Of a stretch of 64,000 bases of DNA, positions 45,438 through 54,928 are shown in pieces. Numbering within the stretch: position 1 is the first letter of the stretch; each line of letters opens with the position of its first letter. The notes beneath the pieces are model-generated. The model did not search any database. It had not been told where the DNA came from and was given only the letters and a program-made list of their open reading frames with translations. The DNA comes from a phage. The stretch lies in the sequence record PZ445440.1; one strand, written 5' to 3'. A program made the position numbers and the translations under genes.

Positions 45438-45466
45438 TATAGTATCACCATCCTTGGTGCTTGTAC
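45438..45466 (-). promoter_or_regulatory. early-type promoter (TGTACA, TACTAT) with spacer palindrome CACCAAGGATGGTG
   Basis: read from sequence; related to 23770-23799 cassette. Confidence 0.4.
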
Positions 45467-45476
45467 ATCATTATTT

Positions 45477-45782
45477 TTAATTTTTCCAACTTAACAACTT
45501 GTAGTGTCCTTCATTCATACGTGGTTTATCCCAAGAAATACTAATATATGATTCACCACCAATAGAAGTCGCCGGGTTTTTCTCTACCGTAAGACCTTCA
45601 CTTTCCAGCCATTCAATAGTATTTGCGCATAAATCAGAAGAACACCTCATCGGGAACCGGCAAGATTTTTCACCTTTATCTGCAGTGTTATACATCTTTT
45701 CTAAAATGCGCTTTTGCACATTTTTAAAAATAGTTTCAGCAGATTCTTCAGATTTTTTATTCAGTTCAGTATAAAGATTCAT
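45477..45782 (-). CDS. hypothetical protein
   Basis: track ORF. Confidence 0.5.
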   Translation of the reverse strand: MNLYTELNKKSEESAETIFKNVQKRILEKMYNTADKGEKSCRFPMRCSSDLCANTIEWLESEGLTVEKNPATSIGGESYISISWDKPRMNEGHYKLLSWKN

Positions 45783-45839
45783 AATATTCTTCTCATTAAT
45801 AGGGCTCGTAATATCTCAATCATAAGCCCATGTACGCGT

Positions 45840-46115
45840 TTATTTCATATTATCGAAATATTCTTCAGCGATTTCGTCATTATCATGGTAAACTTTAGAA
45901 GACAGTTTAACATAACCTTCTGCCGTGAACATATTAATCACAACCTTTATAGTATACCACTGTCCGTCTTCATTACCCATTACTGCGTAAGTTTCAAACA
46001 TCGGATGCTCAGGTCCAATAACTTTAATATCATTCACCGTACGACTGAAATCTTCTGGAACGCATTTCATAAAGAAGTTGAACAGTTCACCGTAATTATC
46101 CATTTCATTCTCCAA
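45840..46115 (-). CDS. hypothetical acidic protein
   Basis: track ORF. Confidence 0.5.
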   Translation of the reverse strand: MENEMDNYGELFNFFMKCVPEDFSRTVNDIKVIGPEHPMFETYAVMGNEDGQWYTIKVVINMFTAEGYVKLSSKVYHDNDEIAEEYFDNMK

Positions 46116-46143
46116 GTTTTTTCTGTATCGGTAGTTGATAGTT

Positions 46144-46175
46144 GTATAGTACCACGGAAGAACAGGGATGTAAAC
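46144..46175 (-). promoter_or_regulatory. early promoter GTTTAC-N17-ACTATAC
   Basis: read from sequence. Confidence 0.4.
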
Positions 46176-46246
46176 AGTTTTGTGAAAAAAAAATTTTAAA
46201 AAAGTTTTGTGGAATTCTAGGGCAGGGAGAGGAAAGGCCTAGATAC

Positions 46247-46274
46247 CAAAAAGCCCTATCTAAATGATAGGGCT
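46247..46274 (-). terminator. rho-independent terminator (AGCCCTATC-ATTTA-GATAGGGCT + UUUUU)
   Basis: read from sequence. Confidence 0.6.
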
Positions 46275-46281
46275 TAAAAAA

Positions 46282-46845
46282 TTATTTACCTAGTTTAGTT
46301 ATTATAGCTTCGGCAGCAGCTTTTAGCTTAGATGCAGTGTTAATACGATTTTTAATTTCAGTATACGCATCGCCAAGAACATCAAGGCTATCAGAATAAA
46401 CACTTACACTATTGCGTTCGCTATTTGAAATAGAACCTTTAGTTTTACGATCAAAATCAGTGTACACGTCTTGAAGATCACGGGCTGCCTTCTTTGCATC
46501 ATCCAATGCATCAAGAGCTTTATTCAAAGCATTGACATATTTTTTAGTGTCAAACATATTCTTAGAAATTTTAACAGGTGCACGTTCAGGAGTAGCTAAG
46601 GCGGATTTAGGAACCTGCGCGCCAGATGCCAGTTTCTTAGAAATTTTGAAAAACGCTTTATTGAAACTATTTTCTTGACTCATCGTAAAAGAACTAGTAT
46701 CGATGTTATACATTTCAATAGCTTTGGCTTTCCACTTAAGAAAATCGCTACGGTCTTTTGGGTCTAAGTGGAAGAATACTTTAGTAAGATCTGCTTCAGA
46801 TGGTAATTTTGCTGCTTCGGTTAAAAATTCGGCGTAGGTTTTCAT
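46282..46845 (-). CDS. internal-protein-like capsid-targeted protein (CTS MKTYAEFLTEA)
   Basis: CTS N-terminus. Confidence 0.6.
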   Translation of the reverse strand: MKTYAEFLTEAAKLPSEADLTKVFFHLDPKDRSDFLKWKAKAIEMYNIDTSSFTMSQENSFNKAFFKISKKLASGAQVPKSALATPERAPVKISKNMFDTKKYVNALNKALDALDDAKKAARDLQDVYTDFDRKTKGSISNSERNSVSVYSDSLDVLGDAYTEIKNRINTASKLKAAAEAIITKLGK

Positions 46846-46931
46846 TTAAAATCCTTGAAATAATTTATCGGTTGGTTATTAATTATTTATCACATTGTTA
46901 TATGTAACAGCATTCTCTGAGCGATTCAAAC

Positions 46932-46959
46932 TAAAAAGCCCCAACAGAAAGGTTTGGGC
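46932..46959 (-). terminator. rho-independent terminator (hairpin + UUUUU)
   Basis: read from sequence. Confidence 0.55.
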
Positions 46960-46967
46960 TAAGAATG

Positions 46968-47432
46968 TTATTTGATTTGTTTAGCAGACCAAATGCGGTC
47001 TTTAATAAGTTTTTGGATATCTTCAACATACTCAAGGCTATGAGCGTGAGGATTATCTTTGAAACTATGTGCTCGTGCCAGTTTCTGGCCTTCTGTTTTG
47101 ATTACTAAAAGCTCTTTAAGAATTGCTTCATACTTAGAAATAATTCCTTTGGCGATATTTTTTTCTTGAGCTGTTTTATGGTCCGCTTTTGGCACAGGTG
47201 CTTTACCTGTAGCTTTCTGGAACAATTCACCTGATGCAGCTAGGCTTTTAAAAACTCGGCTAACAGTATTAGCATTAGTAAAACCTTCGGCTTTAAAATC
47301 TCTAATAAAACGGAAACGTTCTTCATCGGAGGCGTCTTTGTAAGAATATTTACCTGCTTGAATTGCTGCAATCGCAGCGGCTTTTACATCTGAACTAGAT
47401 TGTTCAGTCAAAAATTCAGCGTATGATTTCAT
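46968..47432 (-). CDS. internal-protein-like capsid-targeted protein (CTS MKSYAEFLTEQ)
   Basis: CTS N-terminus. Confidence 0.6.
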   Translation of the reverse strand: MKSYAEFLTEQSSSDVKAAAIAAIQAGKYSYKDASDEERFRFIRDFKAEGFTNANTVSRVFKSLAASGELFQKATGKAPVPKADHKTAQEKNIAKGIISKYEAILKELLVIKTEGQKLARAHSFKDNPHAHSLEYVEDIQKLIKDRIWSAKQIK

Positions 47433-47474
47433 GTTGCTTTTCCTAAGTTAATTAACTTATCTATTTATTATGCC

Positions 47475-47501
47475 AAAAAGCCCCAACCGTAAGGAAGGGG
47501 C
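47475..47501 (-). terminator. rho-independent terminator (GCCCC...GGGGC hairpin + UUUUU) ending the tRNA/small-RNA unit
   Basis: read from sequence. Confidence 0.6.
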
Positions 47502-47504
47502 TAA

Positions 47505-47813
47505 GCCTTGCGGCAACCTTGTCGGGGTTCCACCTGCTAAGGCAAGTGTTTGTACGAAACGCCGGGATTTGAACCCGGTTATCAAGCAGTTGACGCTACT
47601 CAATATTTTTAAAAGGCCATATCTCGACCATATCCGAACGTTCCGTCAAAAACGCTACTCGGCTTACGGCAAAGATATTTCCTCGAATCGATAATTCTGT
47701 GCGCCGTTTCTGCTGTGATGTAAGGGGATATTAACAAATCATAAAGATTTATTAAGACCAGTCCTTACTCAGGGAACATCAGTCCGACGACTTGCCGGTA
47801 GCGACCCGGCTTC
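47505..47813 (-). ncRNA. non-coding structured region downstream of the tRNAs; possible stable small RNA(s) analogous to T4 species 1/2 RNAs; contains a tRNA-like T-arm (47561-47580)
   Basis: no ORF; CCGGGTTCAAATCCCGG T-arm-like element and several stems; between tRNAs and terminator. Confidence 0.3.
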
Positions 47814-48158
47814 TTATTTTGACATATCATCAATTTGTTCTCTACGTCTACGCCATAGATTAATTACTTCATCAACACATTCGGCGTTTGATATATGACG
47901 GCAATAATATAATGATTCGCGTTTCTGGAACCGATGTTGCAATGGGATTTCGTTTAAAAGGTCTTTACGGTCAAAGTATTCAAAACTAGTTAACCCGGAA
48001 CGGTTTTTAATGAACTTCCAATGTCCAAATTCATTTTGAACATAGATGTAATCGGCATGCTGATACAGCGAATTAATCAATCGATGAGAAATAACTGTAT
48101 CATATTCGTTAAAATAAAACGTTAAATCATGAACTACTAGATAAATATTGCCTTTCAT
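47814..48158 (-). CDS. hypothetical protein (115 aa)
   Basis: track ORF trimmed to ATG with SD GAGGAAAA; track start would overlap tRNA-Arg. Confidence 0.55.
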   Translation of the reverse strand: MKGNIYLVVHDLTFYFNEYDTVISHRLINSLYQHADYIYVQNEFGHWKFIKNRSGLTSFEYFDRKDLLNEIPLQHRFQKRESLYYCRHISNAECVDEVINLWRRRREQIDDMSK

Positions 48159-48176
48159 ATTTTCCTCACTTAAAGT

Positions 48177-48253
<77 letters not shown>

Positions 48254-48259
48254 AATATA

Positions 48260-48333
48260 TGACCCAGACCAGATTCGAACTGGTAACCTTTCCCTTATGA
48301 GGGGACTGCTGCTAACCATTGAGCTACAGGGCC
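48260..48333 (-). tRNA. tRNA with CAU anticodon (Met or lysidine-modified Ile)
   Basis: T-arm ACCAG-TTCGAAT-CTGGT, anticodon loop CTCATAA; acceptor has one mismatch, D-arm pairing weak. Confidence 0.55.
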
Positions 48334-48412
48334 TAAATAACTTTCTATTATGAAAGGCACTTTAGAGCACCTTTGGTAATAGAGGGTATGAATTAATAAT
48401 AACACATAATTC

Positions 48413-48928
48413 TTAAAGCAAATCAATCATTTTAACAGTTGGCAAAACGATTTCTTCTTCAATATAAGCAAATTCAACACATTCAACTACACGCAAGAAA
48501 TCATAATCATAATATTCAGAAGCATGGCCAAGAATACCAACGAGACCTTCTGATACTAAATATCCATTCTCACGGAACAGGTCGAATACACGCGATTCGT
48601 CTTCTTCAGATTTATTACCAAGGTCGACTTCAATATCAAAGACCTTTTTAATGAATTCTGGATAAAGCTGGTCTGAGAACAGTCCTTCAACCAAGTATTC
48701 ATAAATTAAAAGCGAGCAATCACTGAATGGTGTATTACCACAGTAACGTTCAGCTTTAGTGCTAGAATGACTGCTCTTAAATTTCTTCAAGAGATATTTA
48801 AACTGTTGGAGCTCATGCTCTTCCACTTCAAACAATGTTTTGGTTTTATAGTTGTCACCATCATTTTCATAGGTAGTGACATCAATTACGTAGCCCTTAG
48901 GAATTGTACTGCCTAAACAAATATTCAT
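48413..48928 (-). CDS. hypothetical protein
   Basis: track ORF. Confidence 0.55.
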   Translation of the reverse strand: MNICLGSTIPKGYVIDVTTYENDGDNYKTKTLFEVEEHELQQFKYLLKKFKSSHSSTKAERYCGNTPFSDCSLLIYEYLVEGLFSDQLYPEFIKKVFDIEVDLGNKSEEDESRVFDLFRENGYLVSEGLVGILGHASEYYDYDFLRVVECVEFAYIEEEIVLPTVKMIDLL

Positions 48929-48932
48929 TTAC

Positions 48933-49223
48933 TCACCGTACCATATTAATGTAATTATATTCAATGCAACGTAATTTCAAAGGATTCTTGAAAATATCAT
49001 ATTCAAGAGGGCCTTTTTCTGTTTCAATAAAGAAATCAAAGTTAACTGTGTTAAATTTATCGTCTTCACAGAGTAATTTAACTTGCGAAGATGAACGGTC
49101 GATGTAAACCTTTTCAACTTCAAAATTAGTTAGAATACCGTAGTCATTAACTAGTGCTTTAGCTGCACGTTGATCGCTTTCATATCCATTCTCGACAGAT
49201 TTTACTTTAGCATAAAGAATCAT
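48933..49223 (-). CDS. hypothetical protein
   Basis: track ORF. Confidence 0.5.
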   Translation of the reverse strand: MILYAKVKSVENGYESDQRAAKALVNDYGILTNFEVEKVYIDRSSSQVKLLCEDDKFNTVNFDFFIETEKGPLEYDIFKNPLKLRCIEYNYINMVR

Positions 49224-49600
49224 GAGTGTTCCACCACTTCAAAGGTATGAGCATCAACAATATGATACCAGTCAAAATTTTCTTCCGCGTTTTTATAAAT
49301 TTCGCGAAGAGCTTCAACAGTTTTTCCTGTAGCAACAAGATCATCAATACCACCAAGAGGATAACAGTCATAACCAGCAAACAGAAGGAAATTAATAGTT
49401 TCTGTAGGGGCCGGATGCAGTGTACCATTGTCATCGACTACTTCAAAGAACATATAACCAGGCGATTTAGATTTAATCCAAGCCCATGCTTGAGCTGCTG
49501 AATCAAATGGTCTGCGTATCAAACGACAATCAGGGTCTTTAGAAGGATTTGCTTCAAAATCCGCGTATACGTGATATTTCATTTTACTCACCTTTTGCAA
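49220..49600 (-). CDS. hypothetical protein
   Basis: track ORF. Confidence 0.55.
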   Translation of the reverse strand: MQKVSKMKYHVYADFEANPSKDPDCRLIRRPFDSAAQAWAWIKSKSPGYMFFEVVDDNGTLHPAPTETINFLLFAGYDCYPLGGIDDLVATGKTVEALREIYKNAEENFDWYHIVDAHTFEVVEHS

Positions 49601-49790
49601 TTTTATCCATAACGATAGCGATTAAGCCGATTAGAAATGCTACTACCAATGAGATAGAGTTTTCAGTTGTTGTCAGTAGTCCGCAAATGAATCCTACAAA
49701 CATCGAAAAACTAAAAGCCATTGAAGCAATTACTACAGCAACATTACGAATCAGTTCAGCGCGTTTCATTTTATTTCTCCATTTACTCAT
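49584..49790 (-). CDS. small membrane protein
   Basis: track ORF. Confidence 0.5.
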   Translation of the reverse strand: MSKWRNKMKRAELIRNVAVVIASMAFSFSMFVGFICGLLTTTENSISLVVAFLIGLIAIVMDKIAKGE

Positions 49791-49798
49791 TTTGTTCT

Positions 49799-49837
49799 GA
49801 TAGGACTACTATAACATAGTCCTATCAGCATGTAAAC
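49799..49837 (-). promoter_or_regulatory. early promoter GTTTAC/TTATAGT with perfect inverted repeat GATAGGACTA/TAGTCCTATC
   Basis: read from sequence. Confidence 0.5.
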
Positions 49838-49840
49838 TAC

Positions 49841-50128
49841 TTACAGAAGAGTTTTTGCAATAATTTTAAGCTGAGCTACAGAAATATGCTTAGCTTTAAA
49901 CAGTGCAGTCTCTTCAGCGGGAGAGATAACAATAGTAGCGCCATCTTTCTTAGCGGACCACCCGTCTCCTAAGTAAACAGTACCTTTTACTTCTTCGCCG
50001 TCAACCAGACTAATCATTGGTTTACCCTCACGTCCTTTATTTGCTTTAATAACTTCGGAAGTAAGGGTTGCTTCGGTCAGAGTAGAAACGTTAGCAACAG
50101 GTGATATAAATTCTTTATAGGTTTTCAT
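49841..50128 (-). CDS. internal protein I-like capsid-targeted protein (CTS MKTYKEFISP), 95 aa
   Basis: CTS N-terminus; position between tRNAs and 57B as T4 ipI; same length as T4 IPI precursor (from memory). Confidence 0.6.
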   Translation of the reverse strand: MKTYKEFISPVANVSTLTEATLTSEVIKANKGREGKPMISLVDGEEVKGTVYLGDGWSAKKDGATIVISPAEETALFKAKHISVAQLKIIAKTLL

Positions 50129-50156
50129 TTTATTTCCTTGAGGTTGTTTATTTGAT

Positions 50157-50192
50157 AGGATGATAGTATCACACCATCATCCTTATGTAAAC
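50157..50192 (-). promoter_or_regulatory. early promoter GTTTAC/TACTAT with inverted repeat AGGATGAT/ATCATCCT
   Basis: read from sequence. Confidence 0.45.
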
Positions 50193-50205
50193 TGTTTTGT
50201 GAAAA

Positions 50206-50891
<686 letters not shown>

Positions 50892-50895
50892 TTTA

Positions 50896-51630
50896 TTACC
50901 TTAAGATTTTTTCAATTTTAGAATAAAGCTCTTCTAAAGAGCCGTCGTTTGTAATAACTAAATCGCCTTCTTCAATAGGCAACCCAGCTTCTGTAATATG
51001 TTTATCAGTGGATTCCGTACCAGAGCGAACCACATGAATAACTGTAGCACCCATCGCTCTAGCGGTTTCCATTTCATGGACTTGGCGTGTATCGGTCACA
51101 ACGTAGTAATCGAAATCACTTCCAATATAATCCATATAGTTTAATGCAAAAAGCTTAACCCAATACATACGGTCAAATAAATTAACGACAACATCCGTAC
51201 CGAGGGCTTGCATAAGACGGCGGATTGACCACGTGTCGTTGTTATTATTTATAGCTTCACGCAGGGCTTCGTACGGTTTAATATCTAGATATGAGTATCC
51301 ACCTTCTAACGATGATAATACTTTAACATTATTAATTGGTAAATATTGACTTTGTAAATAAATTAGCGCTTCTTCCATTAATTCAATAACATCCAACTTA
51401 TTGAGATTTAATGGTGTTTCACGGTCGTATCCAATGCCTTCAAAGTATTCGTATTTCAACTCAGTGAATACATCCGGGTTTTCGGCATGTTTACGCTCCC
51501 AAGCTATTGCTAGAGCGTCTTTAATTGGATATGCTAATTGGTATTTTACGGATTTAAAGTTTGAATTAATGTAATCAGCAGTAGTGTCTTTACCACTACG
51601 TTTGATGCCGCTTAAAAAGATTAGCTCCAT
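50896..51630 (-). CDS. 1: deoxynucleoside monophosphate kinase gp1
   Basis: FLSGIKRSGKDTTADYI, DRMYWVKLFALNYMDY, ARAMGATVIHVVR match T4 gp1. Confidence 0.9.
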   Translation of the reverse strand: MELIFLSGIKRSGKDTTADYINSNFKSVKYQLAYPIKDALAIAWERKHAENPDVFTELKYEYFEGIGYDRETPLNLNKLDVIELMEEALIYLQSQYLPINNVKVLSSLEGGYSYLDIKPYEALREAINNNNDTWSIRRLMQALGTDVVVNLFDRMYWVKLFALNYMDYIGSDFDYYVVTDTRQVHEMETARAMGATVIHVVRSGTESTDKHITEAGLPIEEGDLVITNDGSLEELYSKIEKILR

Positions 51631-51684
51631 AGGTTTTTCCTCATATAATTTATGAACGATTATAACATATGGAGCTAGAAGCGA

Positions 51685-52269
51685 TTAGCGCAAGGAAGGG
51701 TGTCTAGAAATGGATTTAGATTCGGCAGCCTGACGTGGTTGTTGAGATACAATGACTTCGCCATCCTTTTCTATCGTCATATACGCGTAGTGAATAGTTG
51801 CTACGCAAGTAACGGCAGGGTCAGAGTCTTCAGTGTAACTAAATTCAATTTCGCTCAAATCGGAAATCCATGGTTTATAGAAATTTGCTGTCAAAACTAC
51901 TTCTGTCTTATTGTTGTTTAAAATGTGCAAAGTAACAAACTCAGGACCATCGGCATGGGCTGTATTATGACCAGTTATATAGTTATTAGTGCTGAGCATC
52001 CATTTATACATGTTCATCCAGGACGTCATGTCTTCATCAACTATAAATCGTACAACAAAAGGGTCATATTCAAATGTGGTGCCTGCACGCATTGCACGCC
52101 CTAGCCCCATTGTGCCAGTCACAGTTTCAACAACAGGAATTCTCACACCTGGCAATGGAGCCGTTTGGGCATTGAGCACAAAACCTGAAGTTCGTGTACT
52201 ATCCGGGATATCCACAACAAAGTTTGTTATATTTGTTTGGTTAAAAATCTGTCTCGTTGGACGAGTCAT
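51685..52269 (-). CDS. 3: tail completion / sheath stabiliser gp3
   Basis: position between 1 and 2 as in T4; start at ATG. Confidence 0.6.
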   Translation of the reverse strand: MTRPTRQIFNQTNITNFVVDIPDSTRTSGFVLNAQTAPLPGVRIPVVETVTGTMGLGRAMRAGTTFEYDPFVVRFIVDEDMTSWMNMYKWMLSTNNYITGHNTAHADGPEFVTLHILNNNKTEVVLTANFYKPWISDLSEIEFSYTEDSDPAVTCVATIHYAYMTIEKDGEVIVSQQPRQAAESKSISRHPSLR

Positions 52270-52371
52270 AAGCACCTCAAAAACGCTTTAATAAAAATGC
52301 AGTATAATGGTTTTAGGTCTCTTCCATTAATCTGGTTCAACAGAATATCAGAAGAACGGAAGAGAATAGAA

Positions 52372-53193
52372 TTAAGATTTCCAAACAGTATTCGCAGAGA
52401 AACGTTTTCCTTTTGACATAAACTGCTGAGTAGGTAACATGATTATGTTAGCCCAGTCTTTAGGAGCTATTTCTGTTATTGTTCCTCTAATGTGGCCTGG
52501 CAGGTATGCTTTAATCATTTTGTCAGCACCTTGAAATCCTTTCACCTTGCTCCAGTCTATCTTCAACTTTGTGTTATTAGTAATAGTAGTTGTGCTAGCA
52601 TATTGCTTCAGCAATTCTTCAAGAAACTGTTGACGTGCTTTAGGCGGGATATAGTGCAAGTTTAACCCATACATCAAATTATGTTTACCTAATCCTAAAT
52701 AAATAATCAAAGGATATCGGTCCCAATATGGCAGAGTATCTTTATGTTTAGCATCATACATGTAAGTATAAATTTTGCCTGGCGTAGGCTTGACTACTTT
52801 ATGACCTTTTACACTTTTCTTAATTGTTTCAACAAACCACTTAGATGATTTGTTGTTTACTGCTGCGCCTTCATTTCTAATCTTTTCTCGTATTGAACTG
52901 CGAAACGAGTTTATCATCAGAAGTTGACGTTCTTGCTTATTGAGTTTATTTTTAGGTTTAGATTCAAGCGTTTCAATTTTCTGTGCAGTCTTAATAGATG
53001 ATGCATATCTAGACATTGCAGATGTAAACGACGAGTATTTTATTCCTTTTGATTCTGCAAATGCTTTTGCAGTGATTCCTTTCTCTTTAGCTTTCTTGTA
53101 TTCTAATCCTATCTCAATCCATTTTCTTTCATTCATAGACTGAGCAATCTTAGGGGCTTGTACGCCTTCAGATATAATTTGGAATATGCTCAT
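52372..53193 (-). CDS. 2: DNA end protector protein gp2
   Basis: 273 aa basic protein at T4 gene 2 position. Confidence 0.65.
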   Translation of the reverse strand: MSIFQIISEGVQAPKIAQSMNERKWIEIGLEYKKAKEKGITAKAFAESKGIKYSSFTSAMSRYASSIKTAQKIETLESKPKNKLNKQERQLLMINSFRSSIREKIRNEGAAVNNKSSKWFVETIKKSVKGHKVVKPTPGKIYTYMYDAKHKDTLPYWDRYPLIIYLGLGKHNLMYGLNLHYIPPKARQQFLEELLKQYASTTTITNNTKLKIDWSKVKGFQGADKMIKAYLPGHIRGTITEIAPKDWANIIMLPTQQFMSKGKRFSANTVWKS

Positions 53194-53840
53194 TCAACTT
53201 TCCTCATTTTACAATTATCACCATGCCAACGTTTATAAGGCGCAGGTTTACATTCTATACCGCAGTATTGGCATATCTTATTAGGAGTATTTAAGTATCC
53301 TAATCTCATGTTTTCCTTTTCTTCAGGAGTTCTATTTCGTCCCGTAAGAGTATTTTTTATTTTGTCTCTAATCTCTTTAGGCATTATCCTGCCTCGGCCT
53401 GCTTTACCTATTTTAGCTTTATGCTCTTCGGATAATTTCTTACCCTTCTTAGCTAAACTCATTTTCTTTTTAGATTCTTCGGAAATAGGACCTAATTTTC
53501 TACCTCTGGATGAATCGCCTATTCTTTTTCGCACATCGATAGAACGGCCTCGTCCTCCCTTTCCTCCTAGGTCTATATTATATGTATCTTCTCTATCCAC
53601 AAAAGATTGATCAACTAATTCTGCTTCCTTTTGGAAAGCCATTTCTTCATTTAGTAATTCGTCACCGGTATCATACACATATAATACTTCTTTTACAAAA
53701 TTATCTAATCCGTATTTAGCATGGGCTTTTAAGATAATTTTACCTGTTCCTTTATAAGAATCATCCGGGTTATTAGTTTTATGAACACCTATATAAATTT
53801 TATTATTTACGATGTTAGTTATTTTATATACAGTATACAT
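53190..53840 (-). mobile_element. free-standing GIY-YIG homing endonuclease (Seg/I-TevI-like) with NUMOD3 repeats, inserted between genes 2 and 4
   Basis: MYTVYKITNIVNNKIYIGVHKTNN...YKGTGKII (GIY-YIG), repeated G+xxSEE.K.K motifs. Confidence 0.8.
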
Positions 53841-53841
53841 A

Positions 53842-54291
53842 TCATCCCTTATATCCTAAACGACGTAAACCGTCTTCTGTGAGAATTCTGAATTTAATAT
53901 TTCTTTTAGCCGCTAATGCTGACGCAGCTTTCCATTTGTCGCAGTTCACAGACCACACGTAGATCTCGTTCATATAACGTTTCTTTGCTGCAGTCGTAAG
54001 ATTTGCAGGCTTAATAGGTGGTTGAGTTTCTTTCTTTGGTTTTATTTCTACAAAGAACTCTTGACCTGATGCATCTTTCATCCATATATCCATAAAGTAT
54101 CTACGTTTTTTACCTTCTGCGTTACAGAAATATGGAATTACTGCTGTTTCGCTGCCCCATGCAATAATTTCTGGATTTTTATCTAACCATTCGAAAAAGA
54201 ATTTTTCCCAGTTTGAACGATACGTTATTTTGGTATGGTCTCCACGGTATTTTTTTAAATTTTTTGGGACCCATTTACCAGAGTAGGCCAT
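53842..54291 (-). CDS. 4: head completion protein gp4
   Basis: MAYSGKWVPKNLKKYRGD...YRSNWEKFFFEWLDKNPEIIAWGSE matches T4 gp4. Confidence 0.9.
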   Translation of the reverse strand: MAYSGKWVPKNLKKYRGDHTKITYRSNWEKFFFEWLDKNPEIIAWGSETAVIPYFCNAEGKKRRYFMDIWMKDASGQEFFVEIKPKKETQPPIKPANLTTAAKKRYMNEIYVWSVNCDKWKAASALAAKRNIKFRILTEDGLRRLGYKG

Positions 54292-54302
54292 GTTGTCCTC
54301 CT

Positions 54303-54325
54303 TATAAATAGTATTATTATTTATA
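54303..54325. promoter_or_regulatory. divergent late promoter pair: TATAAATA on plus (54303-54310, gene 53) and on minus (54318-54325, gene 4)
   Basis: exact T4 late-promoter consensus on both strands. Confidence 0.7.
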
Positions 54326-54352
54326 CCAATTTCATATTGGAAGGAGACTATC

Positions 54353-54928
54353 TTGTTATTTACATTCTTCGACCCAATAGGATATAGTGCTAAAACCATT
54401 AATAAGAATGCACCTACTATTCCTATGACAGACATATTTCGTAACTATAAAGAGTACTTTAAGCGTGTTGCTGCCAATTATAGATTACGTTCTTATTATA
54501 TTAAAGGCTCTCCGCGTCCTGAAGAACTAGCAAACATAATTTATGGCAACCCTCAATTATACTGGGTCCTTTTGATGTGCAACGATAACTACGACCCGTA
54601 TTATGGTTGGATTACATCTCAGGAAGCAGCGTATCAAGCTTCTATTCAGAAATATGCAAATGCAGGTGGAGACCAAATTCTTTATCATATTAACGAAAAA
54701 CGCGAGAAATTTTATAACTTAGTTTCATATCCAGATGAGCCATTAGTATGGTATGATAAAGGCGATAAAGCTCGTAAGTATCCACAATATAAAGGACCTT
54801 TAGCTGCAGTAGATACTTATGAAGCGGCAGTATTAGATAATGAAAAACTTCGTAAAATAAAAATTGTTGCAAAAGAAGATATAAACTCGTTTATCACAGA
54901 TTTGATTCGTGAGATGGAGATTGCATAA
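54353..54928 (+). CDS. 53: baseplate wedge protein gp53
   Basis: MLFTFFDPIGYSAKTINKNAPTIPMTDIF matches T4 gp53; apparent TTG start 6 nt after SD AAGGAG. Confidence 0.9.
   Translation: MLFTFFDPIGYSAKTINKNAPTIPMTDIFRNYKEYFKRVAANYRLRSYYIKGSPRPEELANIIYGNPQLYWVLLMCNDNYDPYYGWITSQEAAYQASIQKYANAGGDQILYHINEKREKFYNLVSYPDEPLVWYDKGDKARKYPQYKGPLAAVDTYEAAVLDNEKLRKIKIVAKEDINSFITDLIREMEIA

Noticed and set aside
47553-47640. Third tRNA suggested by a T-arm-like element (CCGGGTTCAAATCCCGG)
   Set aside because: I could not pair an acceptor stem or find an anticodon arm at the right spacing, so I did not call a tRNA; it is kept only as part of the low-confidence ncRNA region.
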